From: Camelus dromedarius
Lineage: Eukaryota
NCBI RefSeq assembly: GCF_036321535.1
Contig: NC_087437.1
Location: 104,844,001 to 104,908,000 of the forward strand
Direction of reading: 5' to 3'
Length of the DNA: 64,000 bases
Below, piece by piece: positions 40,101-54,461 of the stretch (position 1 is the first letter of the stretch; every line of letters starts with the position of its first letter). The position numbers and the translations under genes are program-made. The notes beneath the pieces were generated by a model. The model saw nothing but the letters and a program-made list of their open reading frames with translations, made no database searches and was not told where the DNA came from.

Positions 40101-41861
40101 CGCTTGCTTGTTCAGCCCTCAATAGCTGTAACTGTAACTGTATTTTTGTCATCTTTCCCAGCTTGGCCATTGTATGAGAGATGCTAATTACTTGGAAAAG
40201 GCAAGAATAGAGAGCAGATAAAGAAATCTGCAAGTAACTTGAGAAGGTTCAGGAATATGAAAGAGGACCAAGCTAAATGTCCAAGAGGTTGTTTCCATTT
40301 TGACTAGAAATGACGGAAGAAACTGACTTCCATTCAAGCCAAACTTGATAAGACTTTTAACGAGTTAAACTTAAGATGTGAGAAAGACTTTTCTGAAATT
40401 TCAAAGCAGCAATATTAAAATAAAAAATGGCAACAGATTATTTTGAAAACAGGATTTTTACTTCTGAGTGTCTGTTCTATGTGATTAGATCTGTAGGTCT
40501 TATGCTTACATATCCTCCTTAATATTTTTTCAGAACCATGAACTTTCTTGCACATTTTAACGTGATATTTAAAATGAACTACTCCAAGTTTAAAAAGTTG
40601 CAAAAAAGTTACTACTGTAGCATACTGTAAACAGTGACTTTAAAAAATAAAAATGTTCACACTATTTATATCAAGAAACAAAAATGCCAACTTGTATCAA
40701 AAAAAAAAAAAAAAAAACCCACCCAAACCAATTTTCAAGTAGATTAAAAAGATCTTTTTGAAAGTTGGAAATTTTACATGGATCTTTTTTCTTCTTGAGC
40801 TTACATTTCCATCCTACTTCTTTCAAAGAATTTTAATAACTGTAGTTATTTTAATAATGATTCTGTTTACTTGCTATGTATATGTATCTGAATTAAAATT
40901 TTATCATTTTTTATTTTTGTCACCGTAAGATTTTAGGTATTAAAAACATTATCCTGGTTTGAGATATTGTTTTAGTTATTATTATAGGCTATTAACCTAA
41001 CATAAATATATTACTAATTTTAAAGTAAAGGAAATGTGTATCACTTATAAAAGTAAATGTGTCTTAATTGTCAATAGTTCATTTAGCCTTGTCTGGTTAT
41101 TAATTATTGCTCTTATGACAGGCACCAGCACTGAATCTATTCCTAATTTCAATTTTGAGAAAATTTGTTTACTGTAAATAACTGCATATGAATGGAATGA
41201 ATTTGACTGTGCATTGCCACTCAACAATATATCAAATATCATGCAATGCTCTATTATGAAAAATTATCCATAATGGTAATCCCCTGGACAAATTAATCAT
41301 TTCTTTGAATTACATTGAAGACAAAGAACTGGAAATATGTGATGTACAAAATGATTTATTTCCCAGTCATTAGGTGCATTGATTAGGCAATATTGTTTAG
41401 GAGTAAATAATAAAATGAAAAGAAAAACAAGGGAATAATTATCACAAAAATCAGGATGGTTTCCTCAGGAAAATGGTTATGCCTGGATTGGGGCACAACC
41501 AGTGGATTCCAGAAATAAGTTATTTGTTCCTTAAACTGTATACACACACACACACACACATTCTCTGTATATGCACACATATTTATATATGTGTAGATAT
41601 ATAACATTAGAGTAAGATAAACATTTTAAAATTCATAAATAAATTACTAACAAGATAAAATTAGTAATAAGGGAATTTAGATAAAATAATAAATTTCAAA
41701 GGTGTAAGGGGGCAAATGTTTGCAGATGACACACATATGTAGTTTTTCAAACTTGCAAAGTTTTCCAGACTTTTCTGCATTGAACATTTTAGGGCAAGTT
41801 TTTAAAATCACATAATAATATCAGAGCTAAACATTATATATTTCAGCTACTATCCAAATAT

Positions 41862-41898
41862 ATATAAACAGGTTTCTACTGAAGAAACCTGTTTATAT
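41862..41898. repeat. Perfect 16-bp inverted repeat with 5-nt spacer
   Basis: atataaacaggtttct-actga-agaaacctgtttatat. Confidence 0.95.
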
Positions 41899-42399
41899 TC
41901 CTGCAAATTGAGGGCATGACATCAGACAAATTAGATATGGTAAGTTATAAAAGAAACTATTGCAAAAATAGACTTTATACATCAGAGAAATGTGCTTGCA
42001 TAAAGAAGACAATTTCCATAGAAAATGTAAAATTCTTTATTTGTCAGCAGAGCCAGCAGTTTTTTGTTGTTGTTGTTGTTTTCTGTCTAGATTAAGAAGA
42101 TCATCTCACATAGTAGAACTATCTGCAAAAAAAAAAAAAATTCTTTTACTGACCCCATGTGAAACATTGTATACCTTTTTTTCTTCCAAGGACTTTGTTA
42201 TACAATATAACATTGTTATAAAGTATAAAAGTTATACTGATATAGTGTTAAAAACTATAAAACAATACACCATTGACATTGCACTGCAGTTTGATACCAG
42301 AGCTATCCTGGCTTTGAGAGAATGTTTTGTTAGGAAGAAGAGCTGAGAAAGTTTATGAGCCAAGGAGGCAGAAAACCCCAAGCTTTTGAGTAAGTTAGA

Positions 42400-42560
42400 T
42401 GTTCCTCCAAGACCAAATTCCAACACAAAACTGTTGTGATATGCTGAGAAAGTCATTTAATCTCCGAAAGTCTCAATCTCTCTATCTGCAGCGTGGATTT
42501 TGCGAGGTTTAAAAGTGAATAGACTCTCGAAGAACTTAAAAAGTGCTGTCAGCAAGTGTT
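42400..42560 (+). mobile_element. MIR fragment
   Basis: aagtcatttaatctc....tctcaatctctctatctg core. Confidence 0.55.
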
Positions 42561-44572
42561 AATTATAAATTATAAATGTCACCTCAGTGATGTGGAAGGC
42601 ACCCCAAACAAACAGACTGTGTTTGAGAAGGAAGAGATGAATGGTATTGACATAATGCTTATATTAATATTAATATTTTGAAACATGCCCTTAAGATGTA
42701 GCTTATATAAAATGCAAAAATTCCTGCTCAATGAAATTTTATGAAATAAATACACCCATGTAACTATCACCCAAATCAAAATATTGGCATTAACTGAGCC
42801 TTCGGTGTCTCACTTATTATCCCCCCAACAAAGGTCACCACTATAGATCAGTATCATCAGTTTTAAACTTGAAGTAGATGAAAGAATATATCAAGTCCAT
42901 GATTCAAAAATTTTAAAACTGCCACTAAAAGAAAAGAGTATAACTTCTAGCAACACAACACCAGAAAAATTTTTTAAATTTACAGAGTTACATAAGTGTA
43001 AGTAGTTTGTTTAAAGTGCTCGACTTCTCACAATTTAGATCCTGTGAGAATTAAAAAAAAAAATTAAAAGCCGTGTATTAATTTTAGAACATTATAAAGT
43101 CCTGAAAACAGTGATAGAAGAAATTGTTGACCAGTTGGGTGAAGGTGTCCTCTGCCATCTTGTACAAAGGTGTAGGGGGAAGCATGGCTCACTGGGGAAT
43201 TGAAAGAGTCAACGTAACAGTGAAGTTTAAATAATCATGTTTTTTCTGGGAGTGGGGTGAGGTTAGATGTGTGTAGGTGTGGTTGTGCGTCTGCTGGGGA
43301 GCTCAGACTTTTTCTTGTTTGTTTTTATGTTTGCCACTTAAACAGTCTGGCTTTGTAATAAGTTATCTGTACTCCATTAGATTGGGTCAGAAGGAATAAA
43401 TGAGGGGAAGTATAGGAAAGACATAAGGAGAAAGAAAGAAACAAGGAAGGAAAATTACTAACTTTGAATCATGTTGGATGGAAAGGGGAACAGAAAGATA
43501 TTTTTATTAAATATCCCTAGTGCACATGAACTTAAAACATGATTAATATGTATCCTATTAGTTAATTTTTTCTATCATTCTTGTGTTAGAAGAAAGAGAA
43601 TGAAAATTAGAATGAAACAAATTGAATCAGCTTCTCTAGATAAAAGGAGAAAGTTTGTGGAGTGAATTAGTTAATATAATCGTCAGAATGTCACAATTTC
43701 TCCTGAGCCTTACCTTAAGCTTTAGAAGAATTTAGTTTAGGGTAAAAAAAAAATTATCTTCATATCTAAGCTCTAAAGTGATACCTAAAAAAACTAAAAC
43801 TAGGTCCCTAGAGTCCTCCAAATGGAAAAACTCAAATACATGTAGAAACTCACATGTCCTTGTAAATGAATAACCTTCAACTTGATTGACAATTTAACAC
43901 TATAAATAAAAGGTAAGTTTTAACTGGCTGGCTCAGTACGGGTTGTTGGAAAATTTAATCTTTTGGGGGAGTTCACATTTGCATAACAAAATTTATTATC
44001 TGTAATTAACTAACCATTAGAAAATTCTATTTTTAATTTCCTCTTGTCAAGACACCTGGAAAATTCGAAGTTAATAAATACTGCGTATAAGCAACTGCAT
44101 TTGTGTAGAAGCAGCAGCAAGCATTAGATGGATGAAGCAGTCAAATCCTAAGTTAATCAAGGAGTTGTCAACCTATCACATTGTTCAATTGAAAATATAT
44201 GGAGAAATACTTTATATCATTTCTGAATAACAAAAAAATACCTGTCATCATTTTATAAAGTAGTAAACTAAACTATTGATCTACAATGTCTGATCAGCAA
44301 TGTTTTCTTCCAAATCTTTCCTATTTTGTGAACATCCAGCTTTCATAACTTAGCAGAGTCTAAATGATAATCTGATTATTTTAATTGCTAGGTTTTTATG
44401 TATATATTCTTTCATTAATACATACATACACATATTATTATACTACACACACATATGAATCAGAAATGCTCAAATGAATTTGCTGTGAAAAAGTGAAACT
44501 GACTAATACCTTGTACATTAATAAAATGCTATACTTGGAGCTATATTTTCTTTTTCTTTTCTTTTTTTTCAG

Positions 44573-44616
44573 GAGCTCTTCTGAGCTTTTGTAGCAACAG
44601 TGATGGAAACAGAGGA
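44573..44616 (+). pseudogene. Exon remnant module 2: (G)ALLSFCSNSDGNRG
   Basis: Long pyrimidine tract plus cag, gtaaga donor, phase 1 to 0, open. Parallels G|FNLDFW of module 1. Confidence 0.6.
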
Positions 44617-45288
44617 GTAAGAATAGCAATCATAATTAAGGAATATCTCTGTTTAAGTATAAAGTGTGTAGAAGTAAGCTTGAGAAAAGCAGAAGGTAGC
44701 TGGTTGGCAGAGATACTATGAAGATTTCATCAGCAAAGGAGCAGCCTATCATTAAGCACCTGTAGACACCTGCTTTCTGTTTTCCCAGGCATTGTTGTTG
44801 GAAATGGTTGATAGGTGTCTGTCCGGTCAGGAAACAGAATGCATGAAGGAGCCGTCTTTTCTACGGGATGAAAACCACCTGATTTCTATTAAACAAAATT
44901 TAATTACAGTACTATTGACAATGATAATGTGCATTACTATTGTATTATTATGCTTTAAATTCTGACCATACAGAATTATCAAATTTTATAGATCACTGAA
45001 AGCACAAGTTGTACAATTCTATAGAATCACTATTACCAGAAGGTGCAGCAGGCAGTGCCAACATGCCACCAAAAAGACCCCCAGAAATATCTTTTGCCTA
45101 TTTCCAAGTCTAGCAATGAAAACAGCTAAAAAAAAAGAGTTAAAATTTTACATTCTGACAAATTTGAATGTTAATAGAAAATATTTGTGCTTCTTGGGAT
45201 TTGATAGATTTTTTTTTCCTCTGAATAAGAAAAAAAAAAAGCAGTTCCAAAAAGATCTTCCTTTTTTTTTTTTTTCTCCCCCCCTCAG

Positions 45289-45527
45289 AGTGTTATCAAG
45301 CTCTGGTAAATGCTTTATCTAGTCATTATACTGAGCAGCAGCAAAAGCTGTAATAGCAGGTGGCAATAGGAATTTAAATTACACCCAATGTTCTGTGGGA
45401 CTGCAGGAGGCCTTCTCTGTTGGTTTCTTGAGTGTGCATATGAGTCACGCACAAGATCAAATGCTGCAAACCAGTCCATCCATTTGTCTTTCTGCTTTGC
45501 TAGAATTTTCACTTGCACTCACTGATG
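45289..45527 (+). pseudogene. Exon remnant module 2: SVIKL...YLVIILSS...IFTCTH*
   Basis: Strong acceptor, TG|gttagt donor, phase 0 to 2, three stops. Could be two small exons (second acceptor at 45503). Confidence 0.45.
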
Positions 45528-48500
45528 GTTAGTCTTTCGCTAATCAAAGCGTTTTGTGATAAAACTGATTAAAGAGATCTAGGATCTTTGTTTTGAAAGA
45601 TGATAAATACAACCAAACCAACTTGTCTCAAGCCAATTGTAAGAGAATTGCCAATCACATGGCATTTCTGTGTTTACACACATACACACATTCACTTATA
45701 ATTATCTCATCTGACTTCACAGCCTTTCCTTTTTAGAAAAGGCAATCATGTAAATTCCTGAAAGTTATATCAAATTTCTACGTGATATTAGTTACCAGAT
45801 TTTTTAAATATGAGGTTTTTTTCTTTTCAACATGGTTCAGAAAATGTAAAGGAGCCACACCTAATTAAAGGACCAAACTAAATAATTTCTTTTACCACTG
45901 AATCTCAATTATTCCCTCTTACAGTGATTGCCAACATCCTTCATCTAGTTACTTGACAAAAATAAATAATCTATAACTCTGATCTATAGATTTTACCTCT
46001 TGAAACTACCTCAAGTCTTTCTGCTTGTCTCCAAGTCGACCTTGGTTCAAACTAACATTATCTCTTAACAGCATTGCTGGGTTATTATTATCCAGTCAGT
46101 GACTCTTTTGTTATACAAAGTTCATAATTTGAAGCCATTAAAAGCTAAATTGCCGCTCATTCTTACAAAAACATACTAATCTATAGATTATAAAACAAGT
46201 AAAATAATTAAATCATATACATATAAGAGGATAATTTAACACAATATTATAGAAAAATACAAAGAAGTTTAAGTCAGTAATACAGACCACTACTTCAGGG
46301 GCAGAATGTAGGGAAAAAGAAAATACTTATCTTATTTTATAATTAATAAATTTTCATTAGTATGAGTGTTATATGTCAGCTTTCTAAAGTCAACAGCTAT
46401 GGCAAAATAATAAAATTTGGTAAGGCCTACTTCTCATATAAGTAAATAAATATTTCCTTTCCCCTTTCATTGATCTTTCCTTTTCCCCAATAATTTCACT
46501 CAGTTAAATAAATCAAAGTAAGACTAACACAATGTTTTTATGGGAAACTCACTTTGTTGAAGACCTATGAAATTATAACACAGAAAACAAAAACTTGTCA
46601 CTAAATATATCCCAGAATTTCCAATGCATACACCCACAGGAAGTCCTCTACTCAACTTCTCATATATTTCAGGGAGTCACTGTCTCTTTTCCAATCGATT
46701 GTCCTCTCAAATTCTGGGAATTCCCATAACTCCTGCCTTGACAGCCTGTGAAGAGATCAAAACCTTTCTTTACAGTATAAATATGCCCATCCAAGGAAGA
46801 CATAGTGTCAACTTGTTAAACAGAGTAATGTACCACTTTATTGCCTTGATTAATCTATTTCCTTTGAAACTTGGAACTAACTAATTAAACCAAGTTAAAT
46901 TAGTTTAACTTGAAATCAGGTCTAAGAATTTTAACCTTACACAAAAGTCAAGGGACTCATTAGCTACGTTCCTTTATTAGAGGCCTGTGTTCCTTCAGCA
47001 ACCCCATGTGAAGACACGAATGGCTGTAGTTAGGACAATGAGAAGGAAGTGATCATTTCCTTTAGGTTTGGGAAAAATATTAAGCCAGCAAAAAGGATAC
47101 ATGGACTGGTCCTACGTGCTACTATAAAGACAACTTCCTGCACTAAGAGGAGAAGTTAATTCTGGGACTCTGGGTTGGAGCCCATGTGCTTTCTTTCTGT
47201 GGCGGCCAGTGGCCTATCACATACTCAGCTCTGCATAGCCCAAAGGCTATGCCTCTAAATGTTAGATGAACTGTCTTTATATTGTTACTGTATAGAAACA
47301 TTTTTCTAAATAAATATGTATCAACTCTCAATACATTACAGAATCAAAATAAAATGTTAAGAAAGGACACAATAGAGTACAAAATTATTATTTTCCATAG
47401 TTTTCAAGTTTTTTAATCAATTATAAAAATGCTCAGTTGACCATAGAAAATGGAAAAGGATACAGATAATTCATAGAGAAAAATAATAAAAATTAAAAAA
47501 TAACCATATAAACCAATATAATTTCCATTGGTAATTAGTGAAACACAAATTACATACAGCAAATTATAGTAACAAGGTTATATGATTTTTCATCCATCCA
47601 ACTGGAAAGAATAATAGAAAATAAAACTCAGCTATCATAAGGGGAAGAGAAATTTGACATCCTTAAAATTTGCTGGTTGGGGAAAATATTACTTTATCTT
47701 ATTAAACAAACAAACAAAAAACTTAGCAGCATCTATCAAGAACCTCAAATGTTTTTTCATGATTTATTTTACTCAATTATTTTATCCCGAGGGATAATCA
47801 AGACTCTAGAAAAAAATACTTGACATGTATAAACAGTAATAAATTATATGAACAAAATTAGAGACATTTATTATAAAATAATGGTAAGTTAGACTCTTTT
47901 CAACATTAAAAAATTATTTCCCTGAGAGGAATGTAGTAACATGGGATAAAACTGATACTCATACTATAATTTTAAGTTAAGAAATTTGCAAACTGTATCA
48001 TTACTCTCAATCACATTTCCCCCTTTCCAGTGAGAGGATGAACACGTTACTGTCCTTTCCCATGTGATTTGCAGGACTATAGAAAAAATATTATTACCAT
48101 ATTATAACCATAGAGAAAATATTATTCTCCACCTTATTGTTAGGTTGACCACGTGATTTGATTTGCCAATAGAAAGTGGAAGTGATGTACACCAATGACC
48201 AGCAAAATTTTAAATGCCATTACATGTTTCCACTGTTCTTTTATAATTTGTTGGGCTATATATAATAGGTGTATGTGTGTGAGTGTATGTCTGTGTATAG
48301 GAATATATGTGTATACATAAATTAAATGAATAAAATAAATTTAATAGTAATAAAGCACTAAGTCAATATAATTTAATAGCTTTTGACTGTGAAGGTAGAT
48401 GTGAAAGTTTAAAAAATATATAAAATATAAATATATCACTAATAAAATGAATAAATGTATAAATATGTAAATCATATTTATAAATTGTTTATTAGCATGA

Positions 48501-50089
48501 ATAAATAGATATGACTATATATTTAATTATCATATTCATAAAAATAGCTTTATGTGCATTTGCATTCCATCATTAGTTTTATATGCATAAAATGACAAAT
48601 ATTTGACCATTAAGAAATGCTTCTTATATCTTTAAATTTTTATGTATGATGAAATAATTTAATTCATAATATAAAGGGTATGGATTTTTATTTCAAAACT
48701 TTTTTGTAAATTTTGTAATTTTTTATTTATAGTATATACTTTCCTAAAGACATGCTAGGTAGTTTACATTTTTGACTGTGTATTTTTGAGAAAACCTAAA
48801 AAAATAGTACGTAGTGTTAGAAGCATGCAAGTCTGGTGTGTTATGAGATTAGTTAAAATCTGGACTCCTTTTTTCATGGAGAATTTCATGGTAATTGTAT
48901 TCTATGGTCTATTTTAAAATTTACAAATACATTAAAAACAGTAAGAGTAAGTAGTTAATTCCTAACACAAAACCTGCAGAACTAGCTAATTTGTATCTGT
49001 TTCCTGCATTGTCGGTTTATGTGTCTGGTGTTGACGCAACTTTATATGTAAGCGATCCAGAAATCTGCATCCAAGTAAAACTTGGATAAAACACCTGAAA
49101 CCATTTCCTTCCAAATAAATTTAGCCATGTAGTCTGTTTCTCATTCATCTCACATTTATTTTCTCACCTTTCCTCCTTTAGCTTTTTTTTCTATATTTTT
49201 CACAAGGTATATGTTTCCTCTCAGGAGACATCTGTACAAATATTGACTTGATATTGTATTTCTTTTTGCCTTCTTAATGCTATTTTATCTCATTGCTTTT
49301 GCCATTCAAGGTAGTCACTGAAAAAATGTGAAACTGAACTCTATAAGCTATTAAATAATACTTTCACTTCATCGTAATTGTGTTTAAGACACTATAACTA
49401 CAAAACACGAAGGATTTAAAAGAAAAGAATGGAAAACACAGCAACGAACGGGAAGTGCAATAGTAAAATGACTTTGATGAAAGGAATTGCTTGTTTAAAA
49501 TATGTTTATATCCCTAAGAAAAGACCGTAAATATAGTACTTTGCATATTTATTGACTTTTTATGAGAAATACCATTTTAAGTGACTTTAGTAATTTTTGC
49601 ATTAGGATCACTACAAAATAAAGTAATATACCTAATGCATGTATTTATGCAGCATTTTAAAAGGTTATAAGCCCCTCTTATCTGCTGGCTCACCCCTAAT
49701 CTTTAGGAAACAAAAAAAGAAGAAACAGAAGACGTGATCCCTGATGTCTGGAATTTGCAGTCAGGGTCACTGGATAGACATCCAAACAGGTAATGACAGC
49801 ATGATGAGGTAAGTGCAAAGATAGAGTTAGGCAGTTACTGCCCTGTGCCATCTACTCAAATTGCTCTGAGTACACTGGTCTTTTCCAGGCGCTAAATATA
49901 GGACAATTTGATGAAGTGTGTGTGGAGTGTCACCAGCACTCCAATCATTGTTTGCTCCAAATCACCACTGAATACCTCCTTTTAGGAGTCCTATGTTCTC
50001 TTCCATCCAGTTCCGCTTTCATATCTGTCATTTACAACATCAGAACTTAGTCATAGCATCGTGTGTGGCGTTTGCCCTTTACTGCAGGG

Positions 50090-50730
50090 TAGTACGCGGT
50101 GCTGAGAAGCTGAGGCTTTGGGCACGGGTTCAAACATGTCCCTGCCACTGACTAGTCTGGACAAGGTGTGTCATTTATTACACTTCAGAGTTTTATTTTT
50201 TTCTTCCTGATAAAAAAGTGAGTGATGATAATACCTGATTTAGCAAGTTGTTATAATGCAGGCAAAACTTCAACATAGAATTTGGTATATGCTACTCATT
50301 AAATGGTAGCAGTGTACAGAGGTTGTAGCTGTTGCTGTCAACATCAATATTGTCATCATTATTACATCGCTTTCTTTAAATTGGTGTAATAATTGCACCA
50401 TAATTATGTAATTAATAAGGAACTGCAAATTGCAAGTGCCCAAGGAAAGTTATTAACTTATAAATTATTATGTAAAGTTGTATGTATAATGCTTAAGAAC
50501 ATGGCCTTTGGGGGTAAACTGCCTGGGTTTAATTCCCATGTCACTTGCTAACTTACGAGGTAAACTTAGTAAAACATTTTTATCAGCTCTTCCTTCAGTT
50601 TCTCAATGAAATAAATTAGAAATATATAGTTCCTCTTTCATGGAATTACTACGAAATTATATGAGTTGAAATATATAAAGGGCTTAGCATGATCCCTAGG
50701 AGATAAAAGGCACTATATAAATGCTTTATC
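50090..50730 (+). mobile_element. Two MIR copies (about 50090-50310 and 50490-50730)
   Basis: gggttcaaa..ccctgccactgactag and ctgcctgggtttaattcc...cttcagtttctca cores. Confidence 0.65.
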
Positions 50731-51139
50731 ACTAAATTACTATGTCATGATTATTAATAATAATATTAGTATTCTCTTGGAAAGCAATTAAAGTGTATGA
50801 GGTTATTCTGATCTCTTAGACTCCTAATATCTGGGTCATTTATTCTCTGCCTCTTTGAAAGGGGTGCTTTTTTTCCCCCAGCTGCTACCACCATCAGGAT
50901 AAGGAAATTCCTCCAAAAGACATGTCTCTGGGTTCCAAATTTCCTTTTTCTCTGAAGTCTAGTAAATGATCTTCTTAACTATGGCTATATGAAATAGAAC
51001 ATCCACAATGCACTAAAGGCATACAAAAGTCTTATCACTTTAGAGGAAACTGAGGGGTGGGCCACCAGTCGCATGTTGCTAATATAACAGCTTTACATTT
51101 TCCTTTGGTTCCTCCATCTCCGGCCAGCACTTCTTCACC

Positions 51140-51930
51140 TGCTTTCCAGTAGACATCCCTGTTCCTCGTATTCTCTCCTTGGACCTTTTCTTTCCTTTAG
51201 CTATACTTTTTCCCTCATAAAGCTCCTTCACATCCACAATTTCAAATACCAGCTATTCTACTATGCTTTGTCTTCCTCCTAAATTCCAAACACTGACTTC
51301 CAATGGCATGTTGCACATCCCTCCTCCACCATGACAGGTGGTCCACAGGCATCTCAGACTCACCTTATGCAAAACCGAACTGTCCTCTCTCTCCTCCTAT
51401 GCCTCACTTACATAAAAAGGCATTCTTTGTGAAAGGTGTCCTTATTTACTCATCGGAAGCTTGGAAAGGTATTCTAGATTCCTCCCCAGGCTTCAATCCC
51501 TATACCCAGTCAGTTGTCAAAACTCACTCTTCCAAATGGTCCATGTCTCTAATGTCACTGCTTCTGACTCAGTCTAGACTTCATCATCCCTCACCTGAAT
51601 GACTGCAGTCGCCCCTTGACCACACTGTCTGTCTCCAATCTGACACCTCTTCAATGTTTTAGCATATTGATCTAAAGTAACTTGTAAATTAGAATATAAT
51701 CATGTCTTTGCTCTACTTTAAAACCTTTACTAATTCCTTATATCCTTGATAAAGTTCACAGTTTTATCAATATGAATATAAATCCATCCTAGATCTGATT
51801 TTTCTGTACATTCTAGCCTCATCCTTTGTACGTCCTTTGCTTCCCAATTCAGATCTACTTACAAAGGCCTCTGTACCTCTTCTTAGACTATCTTCTTTGC
51901 TGAAATGTTCTTTCTTCCTTGATTTAAAGT
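51140..51930. mobile_element. L2 fragment
   Basis: ggtccacaggcatctcagactca..atg.aaaaccgaact, attctagattcctcc and related L2 vocabulary. Confidence 0.7.
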
Positions 51931-53824
51931 CAATTATTTACTCTTTTTAGAGTTTTTTTTTACTTTAAGTGTATCAGTTTAATTCTGTCAATGTGATGTA
52001 TTCCTTATTCTCCCACAAACTTCTTTCACACCTCTTTTCACACTCTCTTAAAACCATTTATATTGTCTACTCTTTCCCACTGGTCTGTGAACGAACTGGT
52101 CCGGTCAGGTTTGGGGGCATGATCTTAGTTCTAAGTTGGCAAAGCAGGTCTGGCATATTGAACATGCTTAAAATATTTACTGAAACGTTCAATGACGGGA
52201 TGAATAAAGCATGTGAGTTGAAGAATTCTTTTCATAAACTGGTTGATGTACTTATTCCAAAAAATGTTACATTGGATTACACTTTCAGAAAAAGTGTAAG
52301 TTCAAAGTGCAATACTAGTATAAAGAACTACCCAAAATAAAATCATGACACAGTGTGTTCCCAAATAACTACAAACTATCTACAGAAAAAAACCAATAGG
52401 GTTTATAGAGGGATAAAAGGGAACCTATTTTATTAAAAGTTATTGGTTTATTTTTGGTGAATTTAGGAAGAGCTTGTTGTGGTACCACAAGAACTCTTAG
52501 CACATGGAACCTTAGTATTTAAACGGAGTTTAGCAGTTACAGTGTCCAGTTATCTGTGGGTATAGGAATCACCTTTGTCGTAGGACTGACGTCATTTAAG
52601 TATAATTTGAACAGTGCTCTGAGAAATGGAACCAGTTTGCTATTGCTAGTCATTCATTCCATTGTTAATTAATAGTATTTTTTCCTTCTGAAAATCAATA
52701 TGTATGTTGTTGTATTTGTACTTAGAAAAATATTAAGAAACTTAAAATTATGTACTTTTGTTATCTACAAGTGTCGGGATTATGAAAATTTCTTAATTGT
52801 TTTCTGTATGTTTTAAAGAGTTTTCCAATTTCCTCATTTTTAGAATGATAAGAAGCACGAAAGAACGAAAGGAAGTCAGACAAAGAGAAAGGTAGAACGT
52901 GAAAAAGAAAGAAAGAGAGCGAGCGAGAGAGAGAAAGCAAGCAAGCAAGTTAGTTTCCTATTTTGTTGACTCTGTGAAGAAAAAAATAAACCTATTTACA
53001 GATTAGGTCAATTAACAATTTATGAATATACTTAAAGAAATTACGTGCAAATTTTGAGTTAATCTGAGTTATGACTCAGAGAAGAAATGATAAACTGTAC
53101 ATATCCATGGAAAACTCAGTCATGATTCCACTGTTAATAAGCATTTGAAGGCAGTAAGGAGGAAAGACGACCTTGATTTAATTAAATGTGTCAATACTAT
53201 TGACAATAAATAAGAAAATATGATGCTATGTAATTAATGTGTTGGTGATCCTGACATTTCCCCTGATTGTTCATGCCAAAATAATGCATTGGGTGTAAAT
53301 AACATTACTTATTGGTCTATAAATCCAACTAATAAAGAGTATTATTATCAATGACAACTGAATTTTAGATATTGCATTTCTTTAATGTTGGCCATTTTCA
53401 TAAGTGTATGAATTTTTGTACTTCTTATCTTTTTATTTACTTATTTCATATGACAGCATTGATTTGCAGTCATTTTCTTGTCACTAAATTCTTCCCATCT
53501 GAGAAAGATTTAGCAAGAACAGCTACAGCTAATGAACAGCTAGTGCTGTTCATCCTGTTTGAAATAACAGGAATTAGAAGCAGCACTTGATAGGATAATT
53601 TATGCGATATAATATCCCTTTTAAAGGATTTTATCCTAAATCATACAAAGTATATTTTGCCAGAAGGTTTAAATTTCTAATTATCTTAAAAAGAACAAAA
53701 AAAAAAAAACTTTGCTTTTAAAGTTTGTCTTCCATTACGTGTTTCTCTCAAGCTACTTCTCCATATTTTTTTCCCATTTGCTTCTCTTTTTGTTCTTATT
53801 TTATCTGGACAAAATATGCAACAG

Positions 53825-53885
53825 CACTAAGTTTAATTTTGAGAAGATTGCTAGCTTAAAGAGAATGTGGTCACTGATAGATGAG
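53825..53885 (+). pseudogene. Exon remnant module 2: TKFNFEKIASLKRMWSLIDE
   Basis: caacag acceptor, GAG|gtatgt donor, 61 nt open, phase 2 to 0. Confidence 0.65.
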
Positions 53886-54427
53886 GTATGTCAACACAAA
53901 TCTCCCATGGCCTATTAAATTCCTTGACATTAATAATTCATTTGCATCCACAGACAAGAAAAAAAATTACCTAGAGATAATAATAACAAAAAGAATAATA
54001 ATGGTGGTTTGTATTTACTAGGCATTTACTGTGTAAGAGGTACGGTTCTAAGCCCTCCACACGTGTGAATTTATTGAGACAGTTATCTGGCAATGAATCA
54101 GGTTTCAGAGAACATTAGAACCATTTTGATCCATAACCATTCTATTATTTGGGGTCATCAAACAGATGAAATTACGCATCTGGCATTAATTTTCATATCT
54201 GAGGAACAGTATCACTTTAAAGAATGTCTGGGTCAGTTGTATGAGACAATTCAACAATTCCTTTAAAGTGAAGGAATGGCATTTGTTTTTCTGTTAACGC
54301 TTGTGTCTGTGTTTTAATTATTAATTAATTAATTTATTTTTCTTTTTCGAGCGGACTCTGAAAATAGAAAACTGTGGTCATCAATGATTTCAGAAAAAGA
54401 GTTGAAAAAATTAGCTATATTTTTCAG

Positions 54428-54461
54428 TCTGTGGATTTTATCCATTCTGGATATATACAAA
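54428..54461 (+). pseudogene. Exon remnant module 2: SVDFIHSGYIQ
   Basis: tttttcag acceptor, A|gtaagg donor, 34 nt, phase 0 to 1, open; chains with both neighbours. Confidence 0.6.

Noticed and set aside
45505..45527. TCTH*(C/W) as the catalytic DCxHWC motif
   Set aside because: Lacks the Asp and precedes the IYR and DxxH exons; better read as a VFNxxHWW-like block or as chance.
49735..49760. VIPDVWNL resembling TBL VPDTWN
   Set aside because: Lies in L2-like sequence, has no acceptor, and is out of order relative to DYFHYC at 59850.
16003..53885. RGS (NLDFWL) or RasGEF (NFEK) family assignment
   Set aside because: Single short coincidences; the ordered motif series fits TBL/PC-esterase much better.
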